Below are positions 62,475 to 64,000 of a stretch of DNA of 64,000 bases, piece by piece; within the stretch, counting starts at the first letter, position 1, and the number at the start of each line of letters is the position of its first letter. The translations under genes and the position numbers were made by a program. The notes beneath the pieces are model-generated. The model ran no database searches. It saw nothing but the letters and a program-made list of their open reading frames with translations, and was not told the origin of the DNA. The DNA comes from Nymphaea colorata (taxonomy: Eukaryota). Where the stretch lies: positions 13,020,001-13,084,000 of the forward strand of contig NC_045138.2 in the NCBI RefSeq assembly GCF_008831285.2. The letters run 5' to 3'.

Positions 62475-63534
62475 TTTATGATGTTTCTACATTGAACATC
62501 ATGACAAAAAAGGACATGATGTTCAGTTCAAATACATATATAAGCTTCAAAATCTGAAATATTCTTCTTATCAAACATCCCCTTAATCATCTTTTTTTGG
62601 AATCTTGTATGTAAAGGTTCAGACTGGATTTATTTATTTACCTAACTATTTACTTTTGGAAGGTGTGGTAATAGGTGTGTGTGTTTTGATTGGTATGGTG
62701 AAAAGTCTTCATCTAACTTTATCGTCTCTTCTTAGGTACTTGGTTTTTTGGGCGTTGAAATATTTTGGAAAGTCAATAATAGTTAAGTTGGTTGCATCTA
62801 TTCCTTAGATCCTAGGACGTGCATCTCCTGGAACTTATATCATGTTTTTTCATGTACCTTTTTTTTTTGTCATGATGTGTGCAACTCACTTATTTCTTGT
62901 TGTCTATAGCTAGAAATGGGTCTTTCAAATCCTTACAGTAGTTAACCCGCGATTGACCTTCGTGCATTTACCATTACCAGCTACTTTGTCATGGGCAGCA
63001 GGTCATGTGATGGCAACTAGTGGCCTGGATGGTTCATGGACTTCTTTCAAGATCAATATGGAAAATTTTTTATTAGGAGGTACTGTTCTTTTGTGAAAAC
63101 AGTTGAACAATCACTAGGATTGACAGTTTTTCTTTTATATATTATGCATGATCTTTTTTGTGTTTAATACATATGAGAGCCTCATATATACATGTGTGTG
63201 TGTGGGTGGGTGGATGGGTGTACATTTAATATGCATACTTGTATACGTGAATATATGTAACTTTTTTAGATTCTTTATTTTTCTGTATTATTATATTTTC
63301 AGCTGAGTTGGAGCTAGTCCAGTGGGTGGTTCTTCTCATACTTCGTTGTTTTTCATTCTTTTGGATGTATATATAGACCATGATATCTTTTTGTAAATAT
63401 TCTGTTTTTACAGCTTCTTCGGATTTCAATTACATTATTCTCATTCTCCATTTCCTTTGTGATTTGGCGTTAGTGCCCATCATTGTGAGATTGTTGTGGG
63501 TTTGTGTATGTGACTGTTATCAGTCATGTTTTCG

Positions 63535-63547
63535 TGGTATTAGAGCC
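63535..63547 (+). mobile_element. tRNA-Met PBS-like motif; possible start of a degenerate LTR retroelement running off the window
   Basis: TGGTATTAGAGCC has one C>T mismatch to TGGTATCAGAGCC. No intact downstream ORF. Confidence 0.3.
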
Positions 63548-64000
63548 TGGATTCTTGTGGTTCCTACTTGCTGCTGAGAAATTTGAGTTATCTGCTGCAA
63601 GAGAAAAAGCTACATGTTTATCGACTGAAGCATCCTTGAAGATTTCTATCTTTCTGTAGATGCTGTTTTGGACAGTTTTGGAGTTGATCTTCTGCTGGTA
63701 GACAGTCTCACTGATATTATTGACTAGTACTACACTCAAGTTGTCTCTTAATTCTCTCATGATGGCCAACTGTTCGCTGAAATTTTTGATATAAAAAGAG
63801 TATAACTTCTTTAATTTTGAAGTCATCTTTAAAGCTGATTGAGGCTATGTTTGAGAGTTGATCAAGGCTAAAAACATCCTTCTTCAAATGGAAGATTCCA
63901 AGAGAAACATTGATGGTGAAAACCATGTGATACCGTTCAATTAGACGAAGCCATTTACATGTTGTGGTCAATGTCTTGAGATGACATCAATGGAATCTTT

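Overview
Repeat-rich nuclear DNA from a flowering plant, with no intact host protein-coding gene recognisable. The window holds two near-identical versions of one locus separated by a 100-N scaffold gap (23334-23433). Copy 1 runs: 1.26-kb tandem array (1-7504), a 0.5-kb unique block, a ~13-kb deletion junction, then a ~10-kb block interrupted by a complete, ORF-intact Ty1/copia LTR retrotransposon (10866-16104, minus strand, 286-bp LTRs, GTGTA target-site duplication). Copy 2 runs: the same array (26595-38381), the same 0.5-kb block, 13 kb absent from copy 1, then the same ~10-kb block with the empty insertion site (54584-54588). The two copies may be a real tandem segmental duplication or two haplotypes scaffolded in tandem. 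The 1.26-kb array unit is hierarchical: ~63-bp hairpin-forming monomers nested in a diverged dimer. The 13-kb segment is a mosaic of DNA-transposon pieces (PIF/Harbinger, hAT) and decayed host-gene fragments. These include a SufS/NFS2 fragment and, just inside a hAT-type terminus, a Ran GTPase exon followed by seven exons of a sphingoid long-chain-base kinase (a Pack-hAT-like chimera). All identifications are by eye from motif recall; no database search was run.
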